From Bryobacterales bacterium (GTDB taxonomy: Bacteria > Acidobacteriota > Terriglobia > Bryobacterales > UBA6623): DNA of 64,000 nucleotides. Location of the stretch: contig CAXXKD010000001.1 of the NCBI GenBank assembly GCA_963422375.2, positions 256,001 through 320,000 of the forward strand, given 5' to 3'. The notes under the pieces are model-generated. The model did no database searches, was not told where the DNA came from, and worked only from the letters and a program-made list of their open reading frames with translations. Positions 8,896 to 19,042 of the stretch are shown in pieces. The translations under genes and the position numbers were made by a program. Each line of letters opens with the position of its first letter. The first letter of the stretch is position 1.

Positions 8896-10722
8896 ATGCC
8901 TCCCCAGATTTCCTTTCGGACCGCCGCAAGGCTGGGCGCGGTGACGCTCCTCGCTTCCATGCCCCTCCTAGCAGGCACCCGTCCGTACGTCATGGGCACG
9001 CGAGGCGTGGTCGTCTCGGGCCATCACCAGGCCAGCGACGCCGGCCTCGACATGCTCAAAGCCGGCGGCAACGCCGTTGACGCCGGCGTGGCCGCGGTGT
9101 TCGCCCAGGCCGTCACCGAATTCGACCGCTTCGGGCTCGGCGGCGAGGTTCCCATCCTGATCTACAGCGCCGCCGGGGACCGCGTCGCGGCGATCAACGG
9201 GCAGGGGCAGGCACCCCGCAGGGCGACCATCGAGTGGTTCCGCCAGAACGGCCTGCAGGCGATCCCGGGCGATTGCTTCCTAGCGGCTCCGGTGCCCGCA
9301 GTCGTGGGTTCCCTGATCCTCGCTCTCGAGGAGTTCGGGACCATGAGTCTGGGACAGGTGCTGGCCCCAGCCATACACCTCGCCGACCGCGGCTTCGCTG
9401 TCTTCCCGACCTATCTCCAGAACCTTCGCAGGGTGGCCGGCCGCATGCGGTCGGAGTGGCCTTCGTCTGCCAGGGTTTTCCTGCCCGGCGGCAAGCTCCC
9501 GGAGGTTGGGGACCTGATGGTGCAGAAGGACCTTGCCTCCACGTTCCGGCGGCTTGTCGAGGCCGAGCGGGCGGCGTCCGGCGAGGGGCGGCGCGCCGGA
9601 TTGCGGGCCGCCTACGACCTGTTCTACAAGGGCGAGCTCGCAGCCGAGATCGTCGCGTTCCAGAAATCGTTCCGCTGCACCGATGCGAACGGCTTCACGT
9701 CGACCGGCCTGCTCGAGATCGACGATCTCGCGGGGTTCCGGGCCGCCGTGGAGGAGCCCGCGAGCACGACCTATCGCGGCATCGACGTCTACAAAGTCGG
9801 CTTCTGGTCGCAGGGGCCGGTGCTCCTCCAGACCCTGAACCTGCTCGAGGCGTACGACGTGCAGGCGCTCGGCCACAACACCGCACCCTACCTGCATCTG
9901 CTTGCGGAAGCGATGAAGCTGGCCTTCGCCGACCGCGAGTGGTACTACGCCGACCCGGACTTCGTGGGCGTGCCCGACAGGGGCCTGCTCTCGAAGGAGT
10001 ACGCCGCGGAGAGGCGCAGGCTGATCGACCTGTCGGCTCCCTCGCTGAAGCTGCGCCCGGGCAATCCCTATCCGTTTCACCCAGAGACGCTGGCGCATGC
10101 CCCGATCCCGGAGACCGTGCCGTTCCGCCCCGACCCGCCCGGAACGACCGGCACGCGCGTCGCCGACGCCGAGGGCAACGTATTCTCGGCCACGCCCAGC
10201 GGAGGCTGGTTCACCTCGTCCCCGATCGTTGAGGGCCTCGGTTTCGTCCTGGGGTCGCGCTGCCAGAGCTTCTTTCTGGACGAGAGCCGCTCGAACCGCT
10301 TGCAGCCCGGCAAACGGCCGCGCACCACGCTGACGCCCACCTTGGCGATGAAGGACGGCGAGCCATTCATGGCTTGGGGCACGCCGGGAGGCGACGCCCA
10401 GGACCAGGTCAACCTTCAGTTCCTGCTCAACGTGGTGGAATTCGGCATGGACATCCAAGTCGCGCTTGACGAGCCGCTGATGCAGATCCTCGACTTCCCG
10501 CCTTCGTTCTTCCCGCGCGAGATTCATCCCGGGGTGATGCGCGTGGAGGCGCGAATGCCGTCGGGGACGGTCGCTGAATTGGAGGCGATGGGACACCAGG
10601 TGCGGTCTGCCGGCGACTGGTCGATCGGGGACGCCACCGCATTGATGATCGACAGCGCGAGAGGGGTGCTCTACGGCGCGGCAGGCCCGCGGCGCGACAA
10701 GTCCTACGCTCTTGCTTGGTAG
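8896..10722 (+). CDS. Gamma-glutamyltransferase family Ntn-hydrolase
   Basis: GGNAVDA, EAMKLAFADR, GTT nucleophile site, PGKRPRTTLTP, GTPGGD; start chosen at ATG 8896 before a signal-like segment. Confidence 0.92.
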   Translation: MPPQISFRTAARLGAVTLLASMPLLAGTRPYVMGTRGVVVSGHHQASDAGLDMLKAGGNAVDAGVAAVFAQAVTEFDRFGLGGEVPILIYSAAGDRVAAINGQGQAPRRATIEWFRQNGLQAIPGDCFLAAPVPAVVGSLILALEEFGTMSLGQVLAPAIHLADRGFAVFPTYLQNLRRVAGRMRSEWPSSARVFLPGGKLPEVGDLMVQKDLASTFRRLVEAERAASGEGRRAGLRAAYDLFYKGELAAEIVAFQKSFRCTDANGFTSTGLLEIDDLAGFRAAVEEPASTTYRGIDVYKVGFWSQGPVLLQTLNLLEAYDVQALGHNTAPYLHLLAEAMKLAFADREWYYADPDFVGVPDRGLLSKEYAAERRRLIDLSAPSLKLRPGNPYPFHPETLAHAPIPETVPFRPDPPGTTGTRVADAEGNVFSATPSGGWFTSSPIVEGLGFVLGSRCQSFFLDESRSNRLQPGKRPRTTLTPTLAMKDGEPFMAWGTPGGDAQDQVNLQFLLNVVEFGMDIQVALDEPLMQILDFPPSFFPREIHPGVMRVEARMPSGTVAELEAMGHQVRSAGDWSIGDATALMIDSARGVLYGAAGPRRDKSYALAW

Positions 10723-10829
10723 CGGACTCGGAGCGCAGCCCGCGCCTCGCCGGGGATCCGGATGGGGCCGGCGCGGGCCCCGTGCATCCGGGCAAGGGGC
10801 GGCAGGGCGTCCGGATCTTGTGGCGGCCG

Positions 10830-12820
10830 GAACTACAATACATCGCCTCTGGTCCCTTTAGTGACCAGATTAGGTATCTAGGAAATCGCTGTCCCTTCGC
10901 AGAATCCCACCGTGCCTCCATTCCGGCAGGATCGACGGCGATCTCGAGCAGGTCTCTGGGTCGGGAGACAATCATCAGACAGCACGAAATCAAGGGGACT
11001 GCAGGCCTAGGAAGGCCCTAAGTCCACAACGACTGACCACTGGCAGGCTCGTTCCCAAGAGTCAATTGCCGCCGTAGCTGCGGATCTGGCCCCTCCGTGA
11101 CATCGCACGTGGGATGACATCTTGCCGTCTAAACCCGGGCATTGCAGCCTCGTGCAATCCAGCTTAGTCCCAGCTCTCGCAACGGATACTTCCGGCAGAC
11201 CGGATTGACGACGTATGGAATTGTGATCCGAGTGATATTTCAAGTTCAATCCAAAAGTGTCCAAGCCTTGCGCAAGGTTTAGCAATAATCTCCACCATCG
11301 CCGATCCTTGGCCTTGCCCTAGCCGTCACTACTCCGAGTCCTCAACTCTCGTAGATGTCCAAACCAGTCTGGTGCCAACGTGCCAGCAAGAATAGTATAG
11401 GACAACATTAGGTCATACAAGTGAATGGAATTGCGGAATCCATAGTTCACGTCCAACTGCCCATCTACCAAGCCATCCACTCTAGTAGGCAGAATGATCA
11501 TAGTTACTACAAATGATCCTTTCGGAATCGAGAGAACAATAATCTGCCGAAAAGAGTATTCTCTATACAGCTCCAATACATGAGATATTACCACTCTAAA
11601 AGCAAATCCAAGATATGGTCAAGAGTCAAGGACAAGGTCCAGCCAAGCATAAGGTTCCATGCGGATGAACCCTCAAAACACTTCCCGATTGTCGCATCAT
11701 GCGGGCCGACGACAAGGTCTTCAGGCAGTGCATCGACTTTGATATTGATCAGAAATTCCTTGCGCTCGCTCTCGCACGGAATCCGAAGGTGACCAGATGA
11801 TGTTTTGGCTTCAGCTTAATCACCATATCTTCGGGTTCTTTCTGACTAGCGGACGATACTGATTCAACTGCAATCGAAATATCCTGATCCCGTGAAATGT
11901 CTCCAGAGAGTTCCACGGCAATTAAGAGTGTAGAATCTACTGCTTTGTAGACGGGCTGCGTAAACTGGACTGCAAGAAGTCTTGAAAAGTTCTCACTGTA
12001 AGCAGGGAAACTCTCCCCTCAATACGCCCACCACTCCCCATCTTCTTGCTCATCGATGGACGATATTCTCACCCAAGCCTGCCCGGAGAACCAATGGGGG
12101 GCTTCGCGTCGCTCGAGAACCCTGAATTTCTCGCCTTGATTCGCATTACCAACTTTTTGGCCTGGAAAGGTACCGAACAATCGGCCAGTGGGAGGGGCAG
12201 CGCGCAACGGGACGGATTGCTTCGCTTCGACGACGTCCAGGCTCTGTGAATCTTCGGGAGAGGCCGAGTACAGCTGAAGGGCGAGGACGGGTCCCAGAAC
12301 GGCGCAAAGTCTCTGCACGGACATGGAATCTGCTAGCCTCCCGTCGCGAATACATGGCTGACCCGGTATGCGTTGTCACCAAGCTTTCGTGCAGTTCTGA
12401 GGAGTCGTGTGTGTCGCACGCAGACACGACGCCCAAGCAACCGACGAAACTGCGACGCGGTGATGCCTGACAAGAGGCAGTCGAGTGGGAGGCGAGGCCC
12501 CCTCGTCGCCGGCACGGATCTCATTGGCCCCTTGCCGGGGGTTCGATCAGTGAATAAGTAGCGGTGCGACATTCCGACCGTGGCCTTCGCCAATACATGC
12601 TGTACCCTACACCATCTGACCGTGGCCTGATCCAGCCTCTTGGACAATCGTCGATCTAGCCGGAATCTCTTGGCCAGACGCACGTGCGCGACCGGTCGAT
12701 GGTCTCAGACTGTCCAAAGTTGCACAGGCGGGCACTGCGGGGATCGATTGTTCCGCAGCGGGTTAGGAAGCCTGCCGTAATTCGGCGATGCTCGCTGCGA
12801 CACGACGATGGAATGTCAAC
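10830..12820. other. Low-GC islet with fragmented ORFs (boundaries approximate)
   Basis: Visibly AT-richer than the flanks; only short minus-strand ORF pieces. Confidence 0.7.
11319..12324 (-). pseudogene. Decayed exported protein, possible SH3-like N-terminal domain
   Basis: Signal-like N-terminus and VPLRAAPP...GEKFRVLE...WVRI...WWAY. The frame stays open for 89 codons past the TGA at 12019-12021. Further pieces continue to 11319. Confidence 0.45.
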
Positions 12821-12998
12821 GCCTGCAAGCGCCCGCGTCCGGGGTACGGCGGCCTGCAGCACCTTCTCTGCGAACCTTGCGCAGATGCCTTGGGCACAGC
12901 CTCGGAACTACACGGTCGGGCGAGTCCGCTGTAGTCCGCCGGGGACCAGCCTCCCGGACGCGCGTCCCGGGAGGGATGCGCGGGGCATCGCCGGCTAC

Positions 12999-14500
12999 CT
13001 ACAGATGCGGCAGCTCGTCCGTGATCTCGAGCCAAGGCGTCGACCGGTGCCAGCCGGTGAGTGTCTCGCGCAGCTCCTCTGCCATGTCGGTCCGCACCGC
13101 CTGCCCGGCGAGGTTGTCCAGCTCGAACGGGTCGCGCCTCAGGTCGTGGCACACCGCCCTGTCGTCCCGGATCGCGCGGTCGTCCTCTTCGGCCTCGATG
13201 CCGTACTTGTGTGTCGGCGTGCGAATTCCCATCATCGAGCGCGGCATCGCGTACGAGATGCCCTTGTAGCCGGCCGCTTCGACAAAAGCGTGCGCTCGGT
13301 CCAGCGTCCGGCGCTCTCCCCGCAGGACCGGAAGCAGGCTCTGTCCCTGCATGTGCGCCGGGACGGGAAGGTCGCAGGCTTTCGAGAAGTGTCGGCGCGA
13401 TGTCGACGTTGGAGGCGACCTGCCCGGCCGACTCCGCGGGAGCGATTCTGTCCTGATGCCGGTACACCATGGGCACGCGAATCGCCTCCTCGTACAGGCG
13501 GTCCTTGTTGAACGCGCCGTGATTGCCCAGCAGCTCGCCGTGGTCGGACGAGAGGACGATGATCGTGTTGTCCGCGACTCCGCTGTCCTCCAGCGCGTCG
13601 AGCAGCTCGCCCACCAAGTCGTCGGTGCAGGTGACCGCTCCGTAATAGTACGCGGTCAGGTCGCGCAGGTCGAATCCCGGCGGCAGCGCGTCACCGGCTG
13701 CGTCCGCAGCCCCGCCCCGCGTGCGCCAGAAGTAGTCCCACTTCGTGTAGACCTTGAACCACCAGTTGTCCCGGTGCAGGTCGCCGTCGGCGTCGAACAC
13801 GTTGTCCCGCAGGATGACGTCGCTGGGCGAGTACATGGTCGAGTACCGGTCCGGCAGGTTGCCCGGCCCGATCGGCATGTGTGGCGGCGAGACCCAGTAG
13901 TTCAGGAAGAACGGTCCGTCCCTGCTGGCGCGGACGAACGCTCGCATCTTGTCGCTGGCGGCCTGCGGCATGAACCCCGGCGCCACGTTCACCTCGCCCG
14001 ATTCGGTCGACAGCTTGCCGGCCTCGCGCACGGCCTCGCGCATCGCCCGCCCGTAGTAACCGGTGGGGGGATCTCGACGGGGTAGTACGCGTACTCGAAT
14101 CCCAGCAGGAACGGATCGACGTGAGCATGCCACTTCCCGACATGACCGGTGCGGTAGCCGGCTGCCGCCAGCAGCTCGGGCAGCGTCGGCTGATCGAGCC
14201 CACGTTGCGAATCGAGCCCGCGCAGGTCCGGGCGTACTGGCCGCTCAAGACGGTGCCCCGAGCGGGCGAGCACACGGGGCTGTTGGTGACGCCGACCTCG
14301 AATCGGAAGCCCTCGGCCGCGAGCCGGTCGATGTTCGGCGTCTGCACGACAGGATGGCCGTAGCAGCCGATCTCGAAGGGCCGCCGTTGGTCCGTCAGGC
14401 ACACGACCACGTTCGGAGGCTTGGCGGACTCCCCGCACCCGGCGGCCACTGCCATGGCCCCGAGGGCGGACCGCCCGATGAACTCTCTTCGGTCGATCAC
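12999..14500 (-). pseudogene. Tat-exported sulfatase, about three frameshifts
   Basis: DRREFIG, PNVVVCLTDQ, CSPARG, GKWH, SSDHGE and NKDRLYEE are spread across different frames (breaks near 14200, 14065, 13375). Confidence 0.88.
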
Positions 14501-14665
14501 AAGGCGGCGCTCGCTCCTCGGCTTCCTGCGGCCTGACGGACCGAGGAGGCCCAGTCTACCCGCTCGGGGTTGAGGCCGCGAGGCGTCGCGCAGCCGGAAA
14601 CGCGGTGATACGATGGAAGTTCGGCCCGCTGACGGCCTACCGCTCGGATCCGTCGGGTCCCCGAT

Positions 14666-16414
14666 ATGCGCTGGAGCCGCCTTTTCGTTCCTACCCTGCG
14701 GGATGACCCTGCCGAGGCCGAAGTCGCGAGCCACAAGCTCCTGCTCCGGGGCGGCTACGTGCGCCAGCTCTCGGCAGGTCTCTACTGCTACCTCTTCCTA
14801 GCGAAGCGCTCGCTCCACAAGATCGAACAGATCGTCCGGGAAGAGATGGACGCCATCGGAGCGCAGGAGATCTACACCCCCGAGCTCCACCCCGCCGAAA
14901 TCTGGCGGGAGAGCGGCCGCTGGGACGCCATCGGCAGCGACATGTTCCGTCTCAAGGATCGCTGGGGCCGGGACCACTGCCTCGGGATGACCGAGGAGGA
15001 GGTCGTCACCTTCGTCGCTCGGGGCGAGCTCCGCAGCTACAAGCAGCTGCCCCAGATCTGGTACCAGATCCAAGCCAAGTTTCGCGACGAGCCGCGTCCC
15101 AAGGCCGGCCTGATGCGCGTGCGGCGCTTCACCATGAAGGACTCCTACACCTTCGACATGGACAGCGCGGGACTGGACGCGGCATACGCCAAACATCACG
15201 GCGCCTATTGCCGCATCTTCGAGCGTTGCGGCTTGGATTACGTCGCCGTCGACGCGGATTCGGGCGCGATGGGAGGCAGCGAGTCCTGCGAATTCATGGC
15301 GCCGTCCCCCGCCGGCGAGGACTGGATCGTCGAGTGCCCGTCCTCGGGTTACCGGGCGAACTTGGAGAAGGCCGTCACGCGGCCCAGTCCGCCGGACGCG
15401 CCGGACCCGGGCGGGGACGCCGGCCCGGAGGAGTTCCCCACTCCGGGCAGGAAGACCATCGAGGAAGTGGCCGAATTCGACGGGCAACCCGCGACGTCCC
15501 ATATCAAGGCGCTGTTGATGATGGCGGACGGAGACCCGCTGATGGTGCTGCTGCGCGGCGACCACCAGCTCAGCGAGACCAAGCTCGCGGTGCAGGTCCG
15601 GGCCGGCGACCTGCGCCCGGCCCACCCCGAGGAGATCGAGGGCTGCCTAGGGACCAGGGCCGGCTACGTCGGGCCCGTCGGTACCGTCGGCGTGCGGCTG
15701 CTGGCCGACACCGCCCTCGAGGGGCGCCGGAACATGGTCGCCGGGGCCAACAGGGAGGGCTTCCACCTGCGCAACGTCACGCCCGGGCGCGACTTCCGTG
15801 CCGCCTTCGCCGACTTGCGCGAAGCGCAGGACGGCGATCTCGACATCGAGTCCGGCGCACCAGTGCGCTGCCTGAAGGCGGTCGAGGTCGGGCACATCTT
15901 CAAGCTGGGCTACAAATACTCGGAATCGATGGGGCTGAGCGTACTCGACGAGCGCGGCAAATCCGTCACACCCGTCATGGGTTCCTACGGAATCGGGATC
16001 GAGCGCATCCTGACCGCCGCGATCGAGCAGAATCACGACAGGTCAGGCATGGCGCTGCCGGCGTCCATCGCCCCGTTCGAGGTCGTCGTGACCCCGGTGA
16101 ACCGCAAGCAAGCCGCGCAGCGGGACACCGCCGAGTCGCTCTACCGGGGATTCCGGGAGGCCGGCGTCGACGCCCTGCTCGACGACCGGGACGAGCGTGC
16201 CGGAGTCAAGTTCAAGGACGCCGACCTGATCGGCATCCCGTTCCGCGTGACCGTGGGCCGGGGAGCGGCCGACGGCCGGGTGGAATTGACTGACCGCAAG
16301 ACAAACGCTACACAAGATGTTACAGTCGGGGAAACCCTGCAGGCGCTGCGACGGCACATAGCCGAGACGATGCCCGTCGCGGGTCCGAGCGCCTCGCGGA
16401 ATCCGGCCGCGTAG
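14666..16414 (+). CDS. proS: Proline--tRNA ligase with editing domain
   Basis: MRWSRLFVPTLRDDP, FRDEPRP, MKDSY, EVGHIFKLG, MGSYGIG, GVKFKDADLIGIP. Confidence 0.98.
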   Translation: MRWSRLFVPTLRDDPAEAEVASHKLLLRGGYVRQLSAGLYCYLFLAKRSLHKIEQIVREEMDAIGAQEIYTPELHPAEIWRESGRWDAIGSDMFRLKDRWGRDHCLGMTEEEVVTFVARGELRSYKQLPQIWYQIQAKFRDEPRPKAGLMRVRRFTMKDSYTFDMDSAGLDAAYAKHHGAYCRIFERCGLDYVAVDADSGAMGGSESCEFMAPSPAGEDWIVECPSSGYRANLEKAVTRPSPPDAPDPGGDAGPEEFPTPGRKTIEEVAEFDGQPATSHIKALLMMADGDPLMVLLRGDHQLSETKLAVQVRAGDLRPAHPEEIEGCLGTRAGYVGPVGTVGVRLLADTALEGRRNMVAGANREGFHLRNVTPGRDFRAAFADLREAQDGDLDIESGAPVRCLKAVEVGHIFKLGYKYSESMGLSVLDERGKSVTPVMGSYGIGIERILTAAIEQNHDRSGMALPASIAPFEVVVTPVNRKQAAQRDTAESLYRGFREAGVDALLDDRDERAGVKFKDADLIGIPFRVTVGRGAADGRVELTDRKTNATQDVTVGETLQALRRHIAETMPVAGPSASRNPAA

Positions 16415-16457
16415 GCCGGCTGGAGCGAGGGGCGGCGGTCCTTGGTGGGAGGGTCCG

Positions 16458-19022
16458 ATGAAGAAAGCGACCAATTCCAAGGGCGGCGGCAAGCGTGCCG
16501 GCGTGAGTAGGCAAGGTCGGAGGGTCCGGTTCCGCCTGCCGCTTCTGTCGCTCGGGCTGCGCTTTCTGCGCAGCCCTCTCGGGCTGGTCCTGCTTGCCGT
16601 TCTGATGATCGGGACCGTTGTGAGCGGGGTGGTCTACAACCACTACTACTGGGAGTTCAGCAAGGTCATTGACCTGCGCCTCGAGGGAGGGGCCTTCGAC
16701 CGGACCGCGCGCTTCCTCGCAAGTCCCAGGCTGATCTCGGTGGGCGACGAGGCGTCGACCGATGCGCTGGCGCGGAACCTGCGCTCGGCCGGATACACGC
16801 CCGAACCGGACAGCCCGGTCGGCTGGTACAGGGTCATAGGCGACAGCATTCAGATCCATCCCGGCGATCTCTCCCACTTCGCGCCCGTCCCGGCACAGAT
16901 CGACGTCGTGGACGGCCATGTCGGCCAGATCACCGACCTCAGAAGCAAGAATCCGCTCGGCGCGTACCAGACCGAGCCGGAACTGATCACGAACCGGTCG
17001 GACATGGAGCGGTCGAAGCGTCGCCTGTTCAAGTTCGAGGAGTATCCCGAGCACCTCGTGCATGCGGTGCTCGCGATCGAGGACCACCGCTTCTACTCGC
17101 ACCACGGCATCGATTTCATCCGGACCGCCCGCGCGGCGTACGACGGCCTGATGCAGTGGAAGAAGCCTCGCGGCACCTCCACGCTCACGCAGCAGCTAGC
17201 TCGCAACTTCTTCCTAACGCGCGAAAGCACGGTCACGCGCAAGCTCTCGGAGGCGATGATCGCCATCCAGCTCGAGGGGCGTCTGTCCAAGGGGCAGATC
17301 TTCGAGAACTATGCGAACCAGATTTTCATGGGGCGCCTCGAGAGCTTCAACGTTCACGGGTTCGGCGAGGCGGCGCGCGGCTTCTTCGACAAGGACGTGC
17401 GCGACGTGACGCTGGCCGAGGCCGCCATGCTGGCCGGGCTGCCGCAAGGGCCGAGCTATCTAAATCCGTACCGCCATCCCGAACGCGCCAAGTTCCGGCG
17501 CAACCAGGTGCTCGCCGCGATGCTGCGCGAGGGATTCATCGACCGGGCGACGCATGACGCGGCTGCCGAGGAAGGCATCGAGCTGGCGCGGGGCCACACG
17601 GAGGCGCGCGACGCCCCTTACTACATCGACCTCGTCAACAAGAGCCTGCAGGAGCGCTTCGATGTCGAGGACCTAGTCAAGAAGAATTACTGGGTTTTCA
17701 CTACCCTCGACAAGCAGCTGCAGGAATACGCCGTCGGGGCCGTGCGCGAGGGCATGGAGCTCGTTGACGAGCGCATCGCGAGGCAGCGCCGGTACCGGGG
17801 CAAGGAGCCGCCGAGGGCGCAGGTCGCGCTGGTGGCCATGGATCCGTACACGGGGGAGGTCAAGGCCATCGTCGGCGGGCGGGACTACGGTGGGAGCCAG
17901 CTCAACCGGGCGCTGGCCAACCGCCAGCCGGGGTCCACCTTCAAGCCATTCGTGTACGCCGCCGCGATCGACACGGCCTTGGACGGCGAACGGAAGCAGA
18001 TCGTCGCTCGCGGGCACGGGGACCTGCTGCCGGAGTACGTGCGGACGGACTACCCGCCCCCGCCAGGCCTGCTCACGACCACCACCATCGTCAACGACGT
18101 TCCGACGAAGTTCTTCTTCGACGAGACCCAGCCGCCTTACAGCCCGTCGAATCACCTCGGCAAGTTCTACGGCCGCATCAGCCTGCGCTACGCGCTGATG
18201 CGCTCGGTGAACGTGGCGACCGTCAAGGTCGGGGAGATGGCCGGGTACCGGCGGGTCGCGGATCTGGCCCGGCGCGCCGGGATGGGGAAGGATATCCAGC
18301 CCCTGCCGTCGCTGCTGCTCGGCGCTAAGGAGGTTACGCCGCTCGAGGTCGCCGGTGCCTACTCCGCGTTCGTCAACAAGGGCGTGAGGGTGGAGCCGCA
18401 CTTCGTGCGTTACGTGCGCGACGACCTGGGCAATACCCTGTTCAAGGCCGAACCCGAGAAGCGCGAGGTGATGGACAGGCGCGTCGCCTACATCGTGACT
18501 CACATGCTGCAGGACGTCATCCGGCACGGCTCCGGCGTGCGCGCGCGCTTCACCTACGGCATCACCGACGCAGCCGGCAAGACCGGCACCGACGACGACG
18601 GCTGGTTCGCGGGCTTCACCAACAATCTGGTGTGCGTGGTCTGGGTGGGGTTCGACGACAATACCGACCTTGCCTTGGAAGGGGCGCACTCGGCGCTGCC
18701 GATCTGGGCGATGTTCATGAAGAAGGCCCATGAGCTGGCGGCCTTCGCCGATCCGGGTCCGTTCGAGAAGCCCGAGGGCGTGATTCCTCTTCCGGTCGAC
18801 CCGGTGCAGAGGCTCCTGGCCGAGAACTCCTGCAAGAACTGCAAGGAGGAGGTCTATATCGCGGGCACGCAGCCCAACTCGGCGAATCTCGCGGGCTACT
18901 GGAACGACCGTCGTCGCGAAGCCGAGGAGCGGGAGGAGGCCGAGGGGAAGCGCAGCCTGCTGAAACGGGTTTTCGGAGAGCGCGAGCAAGGCGACACGAC
19001 CGTGGCGGCAGTCGCGGAGTAG
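16458..19022 (+). CDS. Class A penicillin-binding protein (transglycosylase/transpeptidase)
   Basis: TM anchor, EDHRF, GTSTLTQQLARN, RKLSE, SxxK (STFK), SVN, KTG. Confidence 0.95.
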   Translation: MKKATNSKGGGKRAGVSRQGRRVRFRLPLLSLGLRFLRSPLGLVLLAVLMIGTVVSGVVYNHYYWEFSKVIDLRLEGGAFDRTARFLASPRLISVGDEASTDALARNLRSAGYTPEPDSPVGWYRVIGDSIQIHPGDLSHFAPVPAQIDVVDGHVGQITDLRSKNPLGAYQTEPELITNRSDMERSKRRLFKFEEYPEHLVHAVLAIEDHRFYSHHGIDFIRTARAAYDGLMQWKKPRGTSTLTQQLARNFFLTRESTVTRKLSEAMIAIQLEGRLSKGQIFENYANQIFMGRLESFNVHGFGEAARGFFDKDVRDVTLAEAAMLAGLPQGPSYLNPYRHPERAKFRRNQVLAAMLREGFIDRATHDAAAEEGIELARGHTEARDAPYYIDLVNKSLQERFDVEDLVKKNYWVFTTLDKQLQEYAVGAVREGMELVDERIARQRRYRGKEPPRAQVALVAMDPYTGEVKAIVGGRDYGGSQLNRALANRQPGSTFKPFVYAAAIDTALDGERKQIVARGHGDLLPEYVRTDYPPPPGLLTTTTIVNDVPTKFFFDETQPPYSPSNHLGKFYGRISLRYALMRSVNVATVKVGEMAGYRRVADLARRAGMGKDIQPLPSLLLGAKEVTPLEVAGAYSAFVNKGVRVEPHFVRYVRDDLGNTLFKAEPEKREVMDRRVAYIVTHMLQDVIRHGSGVRARFTYGITDAAGKTGTDDDGWFAGFTNNLVCVVWVGFDDNTDLALEGAHSALPIWAMFMKKAHELAAFADPGPFEKPEGVIPLPVDPVQRLLAENSCKNCKEEVYIAGTQPNSANLAGYWNDRRREAEEREEAEGKRSLLKRVFGEREQGDTTVAAVAE

Positions 19023-19042
19023 CCGCTCGGCGCGCGGCGGCG

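Noticed and set aside
12019..12021. In-frame TGA as selenocysteine or genetic-code change
   Set aside because: Trp-like context, no recognisable SECIS, and other frame breaks nearby indicate pseudogenisation
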